Shown: positions 43,395-54,300 of the stretch, piece after piece | Layout: the number at the start of each line of letters is the position of its first letter | Position numbering within the stretch: position 1 is the stretch's first letter | Assembly: GCA_964201235.1 (NCBI GenBank) | Contig: CAXNFS010000001.1 | Span: 1-58,880, forward strand | Origin: Gemmataceae bacterium | GTDB taxonomy: Bacteria > Planctomycetota > Planctomycetia > Gemmatales > Gemmataceae | Reading direction: 5' to 3' | DNA length: 58,880 bases | Program-made: the position numbers and the translations under genes | Notes under the pieces: model-generated | The model's database searches: none | What the model saw: the letters and a program-made list of their open reading frames with translations, nothing else | Told to the model about the DNA's origin: nothing

Positions 43395-45355
43395 TGATAC
43401 ATGAAGCTTCTTGGATTGCTGTCCTTATTTTTGCAATATTCGTTGCACTCACTCTTGCAATTAGCTTTTCCTTTGCAGGAAAAACAAAATCGTCCCAAGG
43501 TTATTTCGCAGCTCATGGCGAAGTTCACTGGATTGTTAATGGTATAGCTTTCGCAGGCGATTATCTTAGTGCTGCATCCTTCCTTGGGATCTGCGGCATG
43601 ATTGCTTTTTTCGGCTACGATGGTTTTCTATATTCAATTGGATATCTCGCAGGTTGGATCGTAGCCTTATTCGTAATTGCAGAACCAATAAAAAGACTTG
43701 GCAAATACACTTTTGCTGATGCACTTGATGCAAAATTTAATTCCCCAGGTATCAAATTTGTTGCAGCAATCAGTACTCTTTGCGTTAGCATTTTTTATCT
43801 GATTCCGCAAATGGTTGGTGCTGGTGTACTCATCCAACCCCTATTGGGATTCCCCCATTATGCTGGGGTTCTGATTGTTGGCACAGTGGTTACTTTAATT
43901 GTCACTACGGCTGGCATGGTAAGTACAACTTATGTTCAATTTTTAAAAGGTTCATTGCTTGTTATTTTTAGTTTTATTTTAGTCGTCATGATTTTAAACC
44001 GTGGCCTAAAAGTTGATATGCAACATGAACACCACAAAAATCACGAGTTAAAAATACTTGGGCCATTTAAAGAAGGAACCGTTTCGGACTCTGCATCACT
44101 TGGGTTTGCTAATTCAGAAGTGATTAAAAGTGAAGGCATTTGGAAAGGAAAACCTTTTGTTAGAGTTCTTGATTCGCAATCAAAACAAACTTCATATTGG
44201 AAAATCGAGAAATCAAAATCTGATGTAGGAGAATTTTATCTCTATGAAACTCAAACGATCTTATCAAACCTGAAAGCAGGCGGAAAACCCTTGGTAAACG
44301 GACTACCAAAAGGTAAAGGCCCCCAAGAAGGCGATCTTTGGGCTGTTGGAAGCATCACAAAATTACCTGCAAATGTTAAAGAAACAGGGCCCCTTGGCCC
44401 TTTGGATTTCATTCGCACGATTCAGGAAAGCGAAATTATCCTTTGGGGTAATGACAAAATCAAACTCGATGATGATTCAACACTTACTATTTATTTCCCC
44501 AAGCCAACCCTTGGTAAGGATGTTCTTAGCCCCGGGAATCACCCCTCACTTAAAGGCATTCGAAGCGAAAAAATCACTGATAAGTTAAACTTTATTTCGC
44601 TCATGCTCGCCCTTTTTTGTGGGACGGCTTCTTTACCACATATTTTAATCAGATATTACACTGTCAAAAGTCAATCTTGCGCTCGTAATAGCACCGTGGT
44701 CGGAATTTCTACCATTGGGCTTTTTTATATTTTAACTTTATTCCTTGGCCTTGGAGCAATGACCAGCGGATCTCTTGATGTAAGCGACAGCAACATGGCT
44801 GCGCCGCTTCTTGCTCGAAGTTTTGGCGAAGTTATGTTCGCAATGATTTCTGCAATTGCTTTTACAACTGTACTTGGTACGGTCAGTGGTTTGATAGTTG
44901 CGGCAAGTGGCGCAGTTGTTCACGATTTGCTTCTAGGTTTTCTTAAAATCCCTATGAAAGATGAAACTAAAGTAAAAGCTGGCAAAATATCCTGCATTTT
45001 TGTGGGAATCATCGCTATTGTTCTAGGTATTTTATTCCAAAAAATGAATGTTAATTACCTTGTTGGTTGGGCTTTTAGCGTAGCTGCTAGTGCAAATCTT
45101 CCATCCCTTGTTATGCTTTTGTTCTGGAAAAAAACGACCAAAGAAGGTGTTATCTGTGCCATTATTGTGGGAATGTTATCATCATTGGGTTGGATTCTTT
45201 CGTGTGCCGATACCTTTAAAGATGTTTACGGATTATCGCCTGAAAGTGCTTTGGTCCCATTCAGCCAACCTGGAATCATTACCATACCTTTGGGCTTTAT
45301 CACTTTGGTTATTGTTTCATTATTAACTGGTTCAAAAAAGCCATTACCTAGTTAA
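43394..45355 (+). CDS. actP: Cation/acetate symporter-like SSS family transporter with a large inserted hydrophilic domain
   Basis: GYFAA, NGIAFAGDYLSAASFLG, GTASLPHILIRYYTV and LVGWAFSVAASANLP are ActP/SSS blocks. Length is 653 aa, with a ~195-aa non-membrane stretch at residues ~203-397. Confidence 0.85.
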   Translation: MIHEASWIAVLIFAIFVALTLAISFSFAGKTKSSQGYFAAHGEVHWIVNGIAFAGDYLSAASFLGICGMIAFFGYDGFLYSIGYLAGWIVALFVIAEPIKRLGKYTFADALDAKFNSPGIKFVAAISTLCVSIFYLIPQMVGAGVLIQPLLGFPHYAGVLIVGTVVTLIVTTAGMVSTTYVQFLKGSLLVIFSFILVVMILNRGLKVDMQHEHHKNHELKILGPFKEGTVSDSASLGFANSEVIKSEGIWKGKPFVRVLDSQSKQTSYWKIEKSKSDVGEFYLYETQTILSNLKAGGKPLVNGLPKGKGPQEGDLWAVGSITKLPANVKETGPLGPLDFIRTIQESEIILWGNDKIKLDDDSTLTIYFPKPTLGKDVLSPGNHPSLKGIRSEKITDKLNFISLMLALFCGTASLPHILIRYYTVKSQSCARNSTVVGISTIGLFYILTLFLGLGAMTSGSLDVSDSNMAAPLLARSFGEVMFAMISAIAFTTVLGTVSGLIVAASGAVVHDLLLGFLKIPMKDETKVKAGKISCIFVGIIAIVLGILFQKMNVNYLVGWAFSVAASANLPSLVMLLFWKKTTKEGVICAIIVGMLSSLGWILSCADTFKDVYGLSPESALVPFSQPGIITIPLGFITLVIVSLLTGSKKPLPS

Positions 45356-45368
45356 TGAAATCCACCAA

Positions 45369-46070
45369 TTAAACTGAAACAATAAAGTCGTAGATTACAT
45401 GAGCCCCAACTGCAATTCCAAAACCTCGGAACATGTAAACTGCGCAGAAGTATAATCCTGCAAGTGCTCTAAAAACAAAAATGTCAAACTGAAAAGCCTC
45501 TCCAAAAACACCCAGATGATGTGATATTGCAAATCCGATCGAAGAAATGAAAAAAGCTAAAGGCAAAGATGGAAATATGTTTCTCGGAAATAGCAATAAT
45601 AAAAGATGGATTCCGAGAAGCCTGAATATTGCTTCCTCATAAATTCCTGCACCCAGATATGTTACCCAAGCAGAGGAAACGCCACTTGAAGCGTCAACTC
45701 CTGAAGCAAGAAAACCTTTGCTCCAGATTCCTGCAACCAACCACAACACCATTCCAAATATTCCGCTTTCCAGAATCATACCGGTAATGGTTTCAATATT
45801 TTCGTGAGGTCTACTCCACCATCTTAAAAAACTTTGGAATGCATAAAAACAAAGCAGGAAAACAGGAGGAAGCCAAATTAGATTTACATCATAACCAGCT
45901 AAATTTTGTCTTAACCAACCATCTGCACCATTTCTAACCCCATCAACTTGATGGTTCGAGCAGTACCAAACAGCAGCCTCATATAATATTACAATAGGTA
46001 ATAAAAATAAAAAATTAGGCCATGGATGCCTGGTCGCTTCAACATAGGTGATGTAACGCCTGGAAAACAT
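45369..46070 (-). CDS. CPBP family intramembrane glutamic endopeptidase (CAAX protease-like)
   Basis: Polytopic membrane protein with YEEAIFR, FAISHH and GAHVIYD motifs. Confidence 0.75.
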   Translation of the reverse strand: MFSRRYITYVEATRHPWPNFLFLLPIVILYEAAVWYCSNHQVDGVRNGADGWLRQNLAGYDVNLIWLPPVFLLCFYAFQSFLRWWSRPHENIETITGMILESGIFGMVLWLVAGIWSKGFLASGVDASSGVSSAWVTYLGAGIYEEAIFRLLGIHLLLLLFPRNIFPSLPLAFFISSIGFAISHHLGVFGEAFQFDIFVFRALAGLYFCAVYMFRGFGIAVGAHVIYDFIVSV

Positions 46071-46085
46071 TTTCCGTAACCTTTA

Positions 46086-47549
46086 TTAGTTCGAGTTCCA
46101 CTCAGGAAATTCAGTCCCAATAAGGTCGTCTTTTTCCTGCTGCGAAATACCGCGAAGTACTGCGGGTGAAGTTCTACCAGCAAGATCTAGGATTTTGGGC
46201 TTAGATAGATAACTACCATCGGGTTCACGCAATACTGCAACAATTTGATTGTTAGATTCTGTCTCTGTATTCTTCGACAACGGATTTGCCAAAACAATCC
46301 CGAGTGAACCATCTGAAAGCTCAACCGCTGTACCAGATGGATAAAACGATATCGCCAGTAAAAAGCGAGCATAAACCTTATCAAGCTTTCCATCTTCACT
46401 ATCCATAAGAATCGAAGTTAACGCACCTTTTGTATTTAAAGGTTTATTAGATGAAGACGACATGCATCGAGCAATGTATCGTTCACAGACTGCAAGAAAT
46501 CTAATGACTGGGGATAACTCTGCCCCTTTAAATCCGGAAGGAAAACCTGACCCATCTATGTTTTCGTGGTGGGAAAGAGCAGCTTCTGCAAGCAATGGCA
46601 CATTAGGAAAGGATTGTCGGAGTAATTCTGCACCAATAAAACAATGCGATTCATAAGCCCGCGACATTTTTCCATGAATTCGTTCTGGTTCAACTAATCC
46701 TGATGCCTGAATTTTTATCATTCCTATATCCAGAAATAATGCTGCTGCAATTATTTCCATACTTGCTAAGCGTAATTGGGCATCTTGGAATATCACCCTC
46801 GCAACAACTCTTGCAAAATTCAGTCCCTTGCAAGCAACATACCTTGCAGGGTAATCATTATCTTCACGAAGAAATCGGAGGGTTTCGCCGTTTCGCACTT
46901 CCTCGAGAATATCTTCAACTATATTCTGAACATCTACAAAATCAGGCTTGCTTCCAGTTAGAATTAAATCAAATAATTCTACAAGCTTGGTTATTTTTTG
47001 AAGTTCTTTTTCTTTTGCATTACAAGCTTGTTTAAGAATTCTTAATCGCTGGGAAATGACTTGGAAAATAGCTTCCACGCCAACACATAGTTGCAATTGG
47101 CTAGATGGAGACTCAGGGAAATTAGGAATCATGCGAAGAGCAGTATCTGCCATCGCTGTTGTTTCACGATATAACTTCAGCAAGGCCCCAGATTCCTGAA
47201 TCCCTTTTTTAGAAACTATTTCATCATCGGTACGATAAAGAAGGAAAGCATTTGCTAAATTACGCAAATCTCCAATCAAATCTTTCCCATGAATTAACAA
47301 TTCCCTAGCTTTTGAAGTAAGTTTAACGGGCAATCTTAGTGCTTGATCCCCTTTACTTTCATCAATAAGTACAGAATCGCATTCATCCGATTCAACAAGT
47401 TTGGAAGCTAATCGATTTTTTCTAGCAATAAATCCCAAGCTATCTTCTGTAATTAATTGGTGCGAAACAGGTTCACGAACAGCCTTTTCAAGCTTTTCTC
47501 TTAAAGCTGTTATTTTTCCCAAAAGAACTTGTGGTTCACTAATATTCAT
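46086..47549 (-). CDS. HD-GYP-like domain protein with degenerate HD motif
   Basis: SHHENIDGSGFPSG is the HHE...DGSG(Y/F)P block. The HD dyad reads L287-D288 (FLDIGM; ctg/gat at 46733..46728). The longest ORF begins with a TTG at 47591, and ATG 47549 (MNISEPQ) is the alternative start. Confidence 0.75.
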   Translation of the reverse strand: MNISEPQVLLGKITALREKLEKAVREPVSHQLITEDSLGFIARKNRLASKLVESDECDSVLIDESKGDQALRLPVKLTSKARELLIHGKDLIGDLRNLANAFLLYRTDDEIVSKKGIQESGALLKLYRETTAMADTALRMIPNFPESPSSQLQLCVGVEAIFQVISQRLRILKQACNAKEKELQKITKLVELFDLILTGSKPDFVDVQNIVEDILEEVRNGETLRFLREDNDYPARYVACKGLNFARVVARVIFQDAQLRLASMEIIAAALFLDIGMIKIQASGLVEPERIHGKMSRAYESHCFIGAELLRQSFPNVPLLAEAALSHHENIDGSGFPSGFKGAELSPVIRFLAVCERYIARCMSSSSNKPLNTKGALTSILMDSEDGKLDKVYARFLLAISFYPSGTAVELSDGSLGIVLANPLSKNTETESNNQIVAVLREPDGSYLSKPKILDLAGRTSPAVLRGISQQEKDDLIGTEFPEWNSN

Positions 47550-47753
47550 CTTTTTACCTAAAAAACACCCTAGCTTTAACGAATAACCCAATTACACACA
47601 GGTTTACCAAAGCATAGGAATCTTACTTCTTTTATCGGTATTACGATCATGCGTTCTTTAACGAGAAAATAAGAAACAAACAGAGACTAGGCAATTAATT
47701 TGGTTAAACTATACAATAAGCTTTGGTTAAATTGTTGCGAAAGTAGGGCGATA

Positions 47754-49337
47754 ATGGTTATGGATCCTGATAAATCTAATCAAATATTAAATCGAAAATC
47801 CGGAGAAGGGATTCGTGTTTTGATTATTGATGATGAAAAACCCCATGCCGAGGTTGTTTCAGAAAGCTTGGAAAGAATCGGATTTGAGTGCACTGTAGTA
47901 TGCAGTGGCAAAGACGGTGCAAAAAAAATTGAAACCGAAACCTTTGATGTCGTTCTAACTGATTTACGAATGGCAGATATTGATGGCCTTGCCATTGTTC
48001 GTAAAGCCAAAGAAGAGTTACCCGAAGTTGAAGTTATAGTAATCACAGGTCATGCGGATATAAAAACCGCAGTAGAGGCGATCAAACAAGGCGCATCCAA
48101 CTACCTAACAAAACCTCTAGACATGGTTGAGCTACGAACCATTGTTGAAAAATCATCCGAAAAACTAAGGCTTGCCCGCACCAATCGTGAGCTTAAACGA
48201 CAGCTAGACGAAAAATTTGGTTTCGAAGGCGTTTTGGGCAACAGCTCTAAAATGCATGATGTAGTTGTGAAACTACAAAGCATAGCACCTACTAATGCAA
48301 CGGTATTAATCCAAGGTGAGACAGGAACAGGAAAAGAATTGGTTGCCAAGGCTATTCATAATAACAGCCCTCGCAAAAACAAACCTTTTGTCGCAATGAA
48401 TTGTACTGCACTAAACGAAAACCTGCTTGATGATGAACTTTTTGGCCATGAACCAGGAGCTTTTACAGGCGCAGAAAGAATGCGGAAAGGGCGGTTTGAA
48501 TATGCCAACGGCGGCACTCTTTTCCTTGACGAAGTAGGCGACATGCCAATGAGCCTCCAGGCAAAATTATTGCGTGTCCTAGAAAATAGTGAAGTGTTTA
48601 GAATTGGTAGCAATGAACCATTAAAGGTTAATGTGCGGGTGGTTTCTGCAACCCATCGTGATCTTGAAGCTGCCGTTACAGAAGGTACCTTCAGACAAGA
48701 TTTGTTTTTCAGGCTCAATCGTTTAAAAATCAGATTGCCCCAACTTCGTGAGCGAAGAGAAGACATCCCCCTCTTGGCTTCACATTTTCTTAAGGAATTT
48801 AACCAACTTCATGCTAAACATGCCATGACCATAGCAGAACCCGTTCGTAAAGCTATGACGCTATATGATTGGCCCGGAAATGTCAGGGACATGCGAAATT
48901 TTATCGAAAGTATGGTTGTTCTTGATGTTGATGGTATTCTAAATATCGATGATGTTCAAGAAGGCAATATTCTTAATCGTATTCAGCCTCTTTCGGGCCA
49001 ATCGCCACAAGCTTCTCATTTAATAGGCAGGCCACTTTCAGAAGTGGAACGCTTTTTTATTGAACAAGCTCTTTCGCTGACCAATGGTAACCGTGAGGAA
49101 GCATCCCGAATGCTTGGGATTGGGGAACGAACGCTTTACAGGGTAATACAAGATTGGAAGTTGCAGGATAAGATTAAAAAGGCGCTTTCTGAAAATTCCA
49201 ATGACATGGAAAAAGCTGCAAAGTCTCTTGGGATGAAGTCTGATTCTCTACAACGCAAGCTAAAAAAACTTGCTCTAACCCCAGATTCAGATGATGATTC
49301 ACCTACTCGCGAAACTGACAATGAAGATGATGTTTAA
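47754..49337 (+). CDS. Sigma-54-dependent response regulator (receiver + AAA+ + Fis-type HTH)
   Basis: The receiver is IRVLIIDDE...VLTDLRMADIDG...KP. The AAA+ domain has GETGTGKE, ELFGHEPGAFTGA and the arginine fingers. The HTH is GNREEASRMLGIGERTLYR. The C-terminal tail is acidic. Confidence 0.9.
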   Translation: MVMDPDKSNQILNRKSGEGIRVLIIDDEKPHAEVVSESLERIGFECTVVCSGKDGAKKIETETFDVVLTDLRMADIDGLAIVRKAKEELPEVEVIVITGHADIKTAVEAIKQGASNYLTKPLDMVELRTIVEKSSEKLRLARTNRELKRQLDEKFGFEGVLGNSSKMHDVVVKLQSIAPTNATVLIQGETGTGKELVAKAIHNNSPRKNKPFVAMNCTALNENLLDDELFGHEPGAFTGAERMRKGRFEYANGGTLFLDEVGDMPMSLQAKLLRVLENSEVFRIGSNEPLKVNVRVVSATHRDLEAAVTEGTFRQDLFFRLNRLKIRLPQLRERREDIPLLASHFLKEFNQLHAKHAMTIAEPVRKAMTLYDWPGNVRDMRNFIESMVVLDVDGILNIDDVQEGNILNRIQPLSGQSPQASHLIGRPLSEVERFFIEQALSLTNGNREEASRMLGIGERTLYRVIQDWKLQDKIKKALSENSNDMEKAAKSLGMKSDSLQRKLKKLALTPDSDDDSPTRETDNEDDV

Positions 49338-49367
49338 GGTTCTAGATTAAATAACACGGAAGTTAAA

Positions 49368-51248
49368 ATGGCAATTATTAAGCTCCTACCACCTGAAGTT
49401 ATCAGCCAAATTGCTGCGGGTGAAATTATTGAGAGGCCTGCAAGTATTGTCAAAGAACTTGTAGAAAATTCCATCGATGCACAATCTAAAAGAATCGATA
49501 TTGAAATCGAGCAAGGCGGACATGATTTAATCAGAGTCGTTGATGATGGCTGTGGAATTTATCCAGAGCAACTTGAGCTTGCACTAACAAGCCATGCAAC
49601 GAGCAAACTAAAATCCTCAGAAGACTTATTCAGAATTTCAACACTCGGCTTTAGGGGAGAGGCTTTAGGATCAATTGCAAGCGTTTCAAAATTCCTTCTG
49701 CAATCGTGCCCTCCCGATCTTGATCAGGGAGCAGAAATCCTTTGTGAAGGTGGATTGCTTCATCCTGCCAAGCCTTGGAATGGCTCCCCAGGCACACGAA
49801 TTGAAATCAAGCATCTGTTTTATAATACCCCTGTAAGGAGAAAATTCCTTAAAGCTCCGCCTGCAGAAACAGCTCAAATCACTGAAACAATCACTAAAAT
49901 GATTCTTTCTTCTTTCCGAAACAACCTTGATAAATGCGAAATTCACTGGTCCTACAAAAACAACGGGAAACAAGTTTTACAAGCATCGCAAGGCGCTAGC
50001 CTAAAAGAAATGATCAGCATCTTTTTCGGAAAAGACATCACCAATGATTTGCTTTACATCGAGTCAAATCATCGCGATTTTAGAATCAAAGGCTATATAG
50101 GATCACCAAACCTTGACAAAAGTAGTGCCAAATCACAATATTTATTTATCAATGGCAGGTGGTTTAGAGACAGAACCATATCGCATGCTATTCAGGAGGG
50201 TTTTCGGGGCCATATGATGACGGGAAGATTCCCAATTGCATTTCTTTATTTTGATTCTGACCTTGAAAAAGTTGATGTAAACATACATCCCACTAAATCA
50301 GAAGTTCGATTCCGTGATCCAGGTGCCATTCATCATTTGGTATTTAATGCTGTAAGAAATATTCTTCTAGACAAAAATAAAGGTGCAGTTTTTCAACTTC
50401 AAGATGAACCACCTTTTACCAGAAAAAATTCAATTGACATCGGGTTGCCTGAATTTACCATTACAATCCCGCATAAAACTAATCCCCCAGAACCTTGGGC
50501 TCTTGAATCTGGGCCTTCACCAGCCCCATCGCTTCCATTCAATTATAAAAACAATGAAAGTGAACAATCTCAACCTGAAAATCCTTCTTCCTCTGAATCA
50601 TCCACCCAAGCGCCTAATTATACTTATTCAGAAAAACCGCAGGCCCCAACAATCGTTCCTGTTTTGTTCAATGAGGAAAACTTCAAGGTATTGCAAGTTT
50701 ACAATTCTTATATTGTGATCGAAACGGATGAAGGGGTTTTAATTATTGATCAACATGCCCTTCACGAACGCATTTTGTATGAACAATTAAAAACCAAACT
50801 CTCCTCTGGGCCTGTGCCTGCCCAAAAACTTTTAATCCCTGAAACCATTGAACTAGCAGCATTTCAATCTGAATTAGTCCTGTCACGACAAGAAGAATTA
50901 CAGCAATTAGGATTTGAAATACGAGGATTTGGCGGAAACACAATTCTCGTTGAGAGTTACCCCGCATTGCTAGGGCGAAAATCGCCAAAAGCTCTTTTTA
51001 ATAAAGTAATCGAACAGCTTTTTGCTAAGGATGAAATACCAAGCAAAGATGCTTTTTTTCATAATATTTTAAGCCTGACCGCCTGCCACTCAGCAGTCCG
51101 ATCAGGAGACACGCTTAATGAAACAGAAATGCATCTTTTAGCCAAAATGCGCCACTTATCCAAATCCCATTATCATTGCCCCCATGGGCGACCAACATCC
51201 TTACTGATAAGTAAAAATGATCTTGAAAATCAATTTGGCAGAACCTAA
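49368..51248 (+). CDS. mutL: DNA mismatch repair endonuclease MutL
   Basis: IKLLPPEVISQIAAGEIIERPASIVKELVENSIDA is the GHKL N-terminus. The C-terminal endonuclease motifs are DQHALHERILYE, ACHSAVRSGD and CPHGRP. Confidence 0.95.
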   Translation: MAIIKLLPPEVISQIAAGEIIERPASIVKELVENSIDAQSKRIDIEIEQGGHDLIRVVDDGCGIYPEQLELALTSHATSKLKSSEDLFRISTLGFRGEALGSIASVSKFLLQSCPPDLDQGAEILCEGGLLHPAKPWNGSPGTRIEIKHLFYNTPVRRKFLKAPPAETAQITETITKMILSSFRNNLDKCEIHWSYKNNGKQVLQASQGASLKEMISIFFGKDITNDLLYIESNHRDFRIKGYIGSPNLDKSSAKSQYLFINGRWFRDRTISHAIQEGFRGHMMTGRFPIAFLYFDSDLEKVDVNIHPTKSEVRFRDPGAIHHLVFNAVRNILLDKNKGAVFQLQDEPPFTRKNSIDIGLPEFTITIPHKTNPPEPWALESGPSPAPSLPFNYKNNESEQSQPENPSSSESSTQAPNYTYSEKPQAPTIVPVLFNEENFKVLQVYNSYIVIETDEGVLIIDQHALHERILYEQLKTKLSSGPVPAQKLLIPETIELAAFQSELVLSRQEELQQLGFEIRGFGGNTILVESYPALLGRKSPKALFNKVIEQLFAKDEIPSKDAFFHNILSLTACHSAVRSGDTLNETEMHLLAKMRHLSKSHYHCPHGRPTSLLISKNDLENQFGRT

Positions 51249-51369
51249 ACAGCAGGCACGGAGGGTTAGGAGGTTTAGGCCAAAGTGTTGCTTCCGTACT
51301 TTTTATTGCTGAAACTCGACCATAAATATTGGCCTATACACTACCACTGATTTTTTTTAAACCATTGGT

Positions 51370-54300
51370 ATGAAAGAAGATGAATTACCTTTCATTCCTG
51401 AACATCATGATGTTGCTTCCAAAGCAACCATGGTTTTTTCATGCCTTAACAAGCTGATTCAATCTTTCCCAATCCACAGCACATTTCTTGTAGGCACAGT
51501 TGCTGGTTGCGAACTCCGATTAGCAGGCTTAGATTTACCTGCTTTATTATTTCAAGTAAACTATGTTAAACCAATAGGCCTTTTAGTTCGATCCATTACA
51601 CCTCTTTCAGGTTTAACTTTAAACGGAAGTTCATTTCAAGAATCGATTCTAAAATCAAATGATAAATTAAATATTGGTAACTACGAATTTTCGTTTATCC
51701 TGACTGATTCCGTAGCTGCAATCACTCCCTCAGAAAACATCGCTCCTAAAATTCATGATCAATCCGCAACCATAAATAAATTAAAAACTAAATCTAAAAG
51801 TAAAAGGCAATTATCGCATTTAATAAAAAAACTAAAGAATAAGAATCAGCTATTAAAAATCGAATTGGATGCGTTAATAGAAAATAATCGAACAATTGCT
51901 GAGCGCGAAATTGATACCTTTTCAAAACGAAGCATGCTCGAATCTGAAAAATCATCCATAGCTGAACAGTTAAACCTTCAAATTATTAAAAGTAAAAATT
52001 ACGCTGAAGAACTAGTTCTGCTTCGAAATGAATTAGACACACTAAAATCAAATTCAAATCATCAATCAACGACCAGTGATTCAGATTTAAAAAATATTAC
52101 CGTGCTTCATGATTTATTAGACCAAAAGACCAGGAATTTACATGAACGAGCCCTTGAAGTAGATCGCAGAAGCGAGGATTTGGAAAAAAATAGCAGAGAA
52201 CTTGAGGCGCAAGCCTTAGAGATAGACTCGTTATATTGCAAGCTCAAGGATGACCGGAAAATATTAGAGGAAGAATATCTTTCAAAAAAACAAGAAAATG
52301 AACATATAATCAAGCAATCTACAGAGATTGAACAGCAAATGGCTGAGATATTTCAGTTAAAACTTTACCTTGAAAATGTCAAAGCTCGAATAGACGAAAA
52401 AGAAACTAATCTAGAAAACAAACTTCTTTCAATCCAATCGTTGGAAACCGATTTGCTAATCATGCAAGAAAAATCAGAAATATTCAAAACAGAATTGTTT
52501 GAAAAAGAGGTTTTACTATCTTCTGGTCTCGAGCTTATTAATCAAGAAAAAGAAGAACTAAAAAACAACAAATATTATTTAGAATCTCGCATTCTTGAAG
52601 TTGAACAAAAAGAACTTTCACTAAGAAGTTTAGAAAACACATTTGCAGGCCGAGAATACGAAATCGAGGCTACAAGAAAATCACTTGAAGATGCAAAAAA
52701 AGAATTAGAAGATTTCAAAAACATCCAAGATAACAAGATCAAACAAACCGATTCAGTTGAAAAAAACCTTGCTCAAATGCAAGAAATCCTTCGGAAAAGA
52801 ATTGAGGATATCCAATTAAAGGAATCCGCCCTAATCGAAAAAGACACTTTGCTTTCAAACCAAATCATTTCTCTGCAAACCCGAAATGAAGAGATGGAGA
52901 ATGAACATAGCAAGCTTGTGATGGAGTTAACCTCCGCCAGAGATGATTTCGAAAAATCTAAGCAAGAATTGCTTAAAAAAACCACTGATATCGATTCTGT
53001 AAAATTTAGGATGGAAACTGAAAATCATGGACATGAATTGATCAAAAAAGAGATATTCGAAGCACTCCAAAGGCTTGAAGATGAAAAAGCTGCTCTTGAA
53101 GAAGTTCAACTTGCGAATCTGGAGATTGAAAAGGTTAAATTTGCACAAGGAATTGACTTTAAAAATCAAATCACTGGCATAAGTGAGAATATCCCAGACC
53201 TCATGGCGGGTGCAGAAAACTGCCTCTCCAGGCTTTTAGGGGCCAGAGATTTACTTCAGGAACACCTTAGGGAATTCCATGATTATGCTAAAATTGCTAG
53301 GGAAGAACTTGAATTATTGCTTAAAGAATCCCGCGATCAACAAAATCGTTCTCAAGATTCTGAAAGCAAAATAATCAAAGCAAGAGAAGAGCACCGCCTT
53401 TCAATTGCATCTTTCAAGCAACAACTCATCGAATGGCAACACAATCTAATTGAAATCAAATTAGCGTTACAAACAGGTGAGTCTGAATTGGAAAGAAAAC
53501 AAGCAAAATTCGAAACTCAAGCTCAAATCCTTCAACAGCAAACAGATAACTTATCTAAAAAAGAACACACCCTTCGCGAAAAAGAAGGTGAAGTACTCGC
53601 TCAAACAAAAGAAGTTCATCGCCATCTTGATGATATGCGGGCGTGGTATCGTAGTAAAATTAAAGATTTATCTGGAACAATTTCTAATTCATTGGTATCT
53701 GGATATTTTGATAATGCACTAAGCAGCCCAGATTTAAACCAGGACAATCATTCTCAGTCGATACCTGAATCCATAGAACCTTCGGATAACAAACTGGGAA
53801 ATCAGCTTATATCCTTGGGGTTGGTAGAATCTGAAACACTGATTGCTCTTATGGCCGAAGCGCAAAAAACCAGAAAATCACTCAGGCAAGCATTGCTAAA
53901 TGGTGGATATTTAACCTTTTATCAATTGGCACTTATCGAAGCAGGCAATATTAACGGACTGATGATCGACCGTTTTCGAGTCATTGACAAACTTCCTTCA
54001 ACGAGCAAAGAATATATTTTTCAAGTATTTGATCCCATCAGAAAAACCGAATGTCTCCTCAGGCATCTTTCCGAGTCTGAACTATCTGATCCATATCGTC
54101 CAGACGAATTCAGGCAACGATTTAGTGCAGCTATTAATCTGCATCATGAAAATGTGGCCTCCACCTATGAAGTATTGGAGATTCAGGGAAGGCCTGCGGT
54201 TTTGGTTGAGCTTATCCAAGGAATCAACCAATCCGAATGGGCTTCAGTCCACCAAAAACCAGATGTATGGTTAAATCTAGTTTTACAAACCATATCAGGA

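Noticed and set aside
51249-51369. GGCACG...TTGC-like string after mutL, considered as a sigma-54 promoter for the giant coiled-coil gene, and a weak ACGGA/TCCGT hairpin considered as a mutL terminator.
   Set aside because: The spacing does not fit GG-N10-GC (TGGCAC-N5-TTGC). The hairpin has a ~30-nt loop and a 5-bp stem. Neither is supportable by eye.
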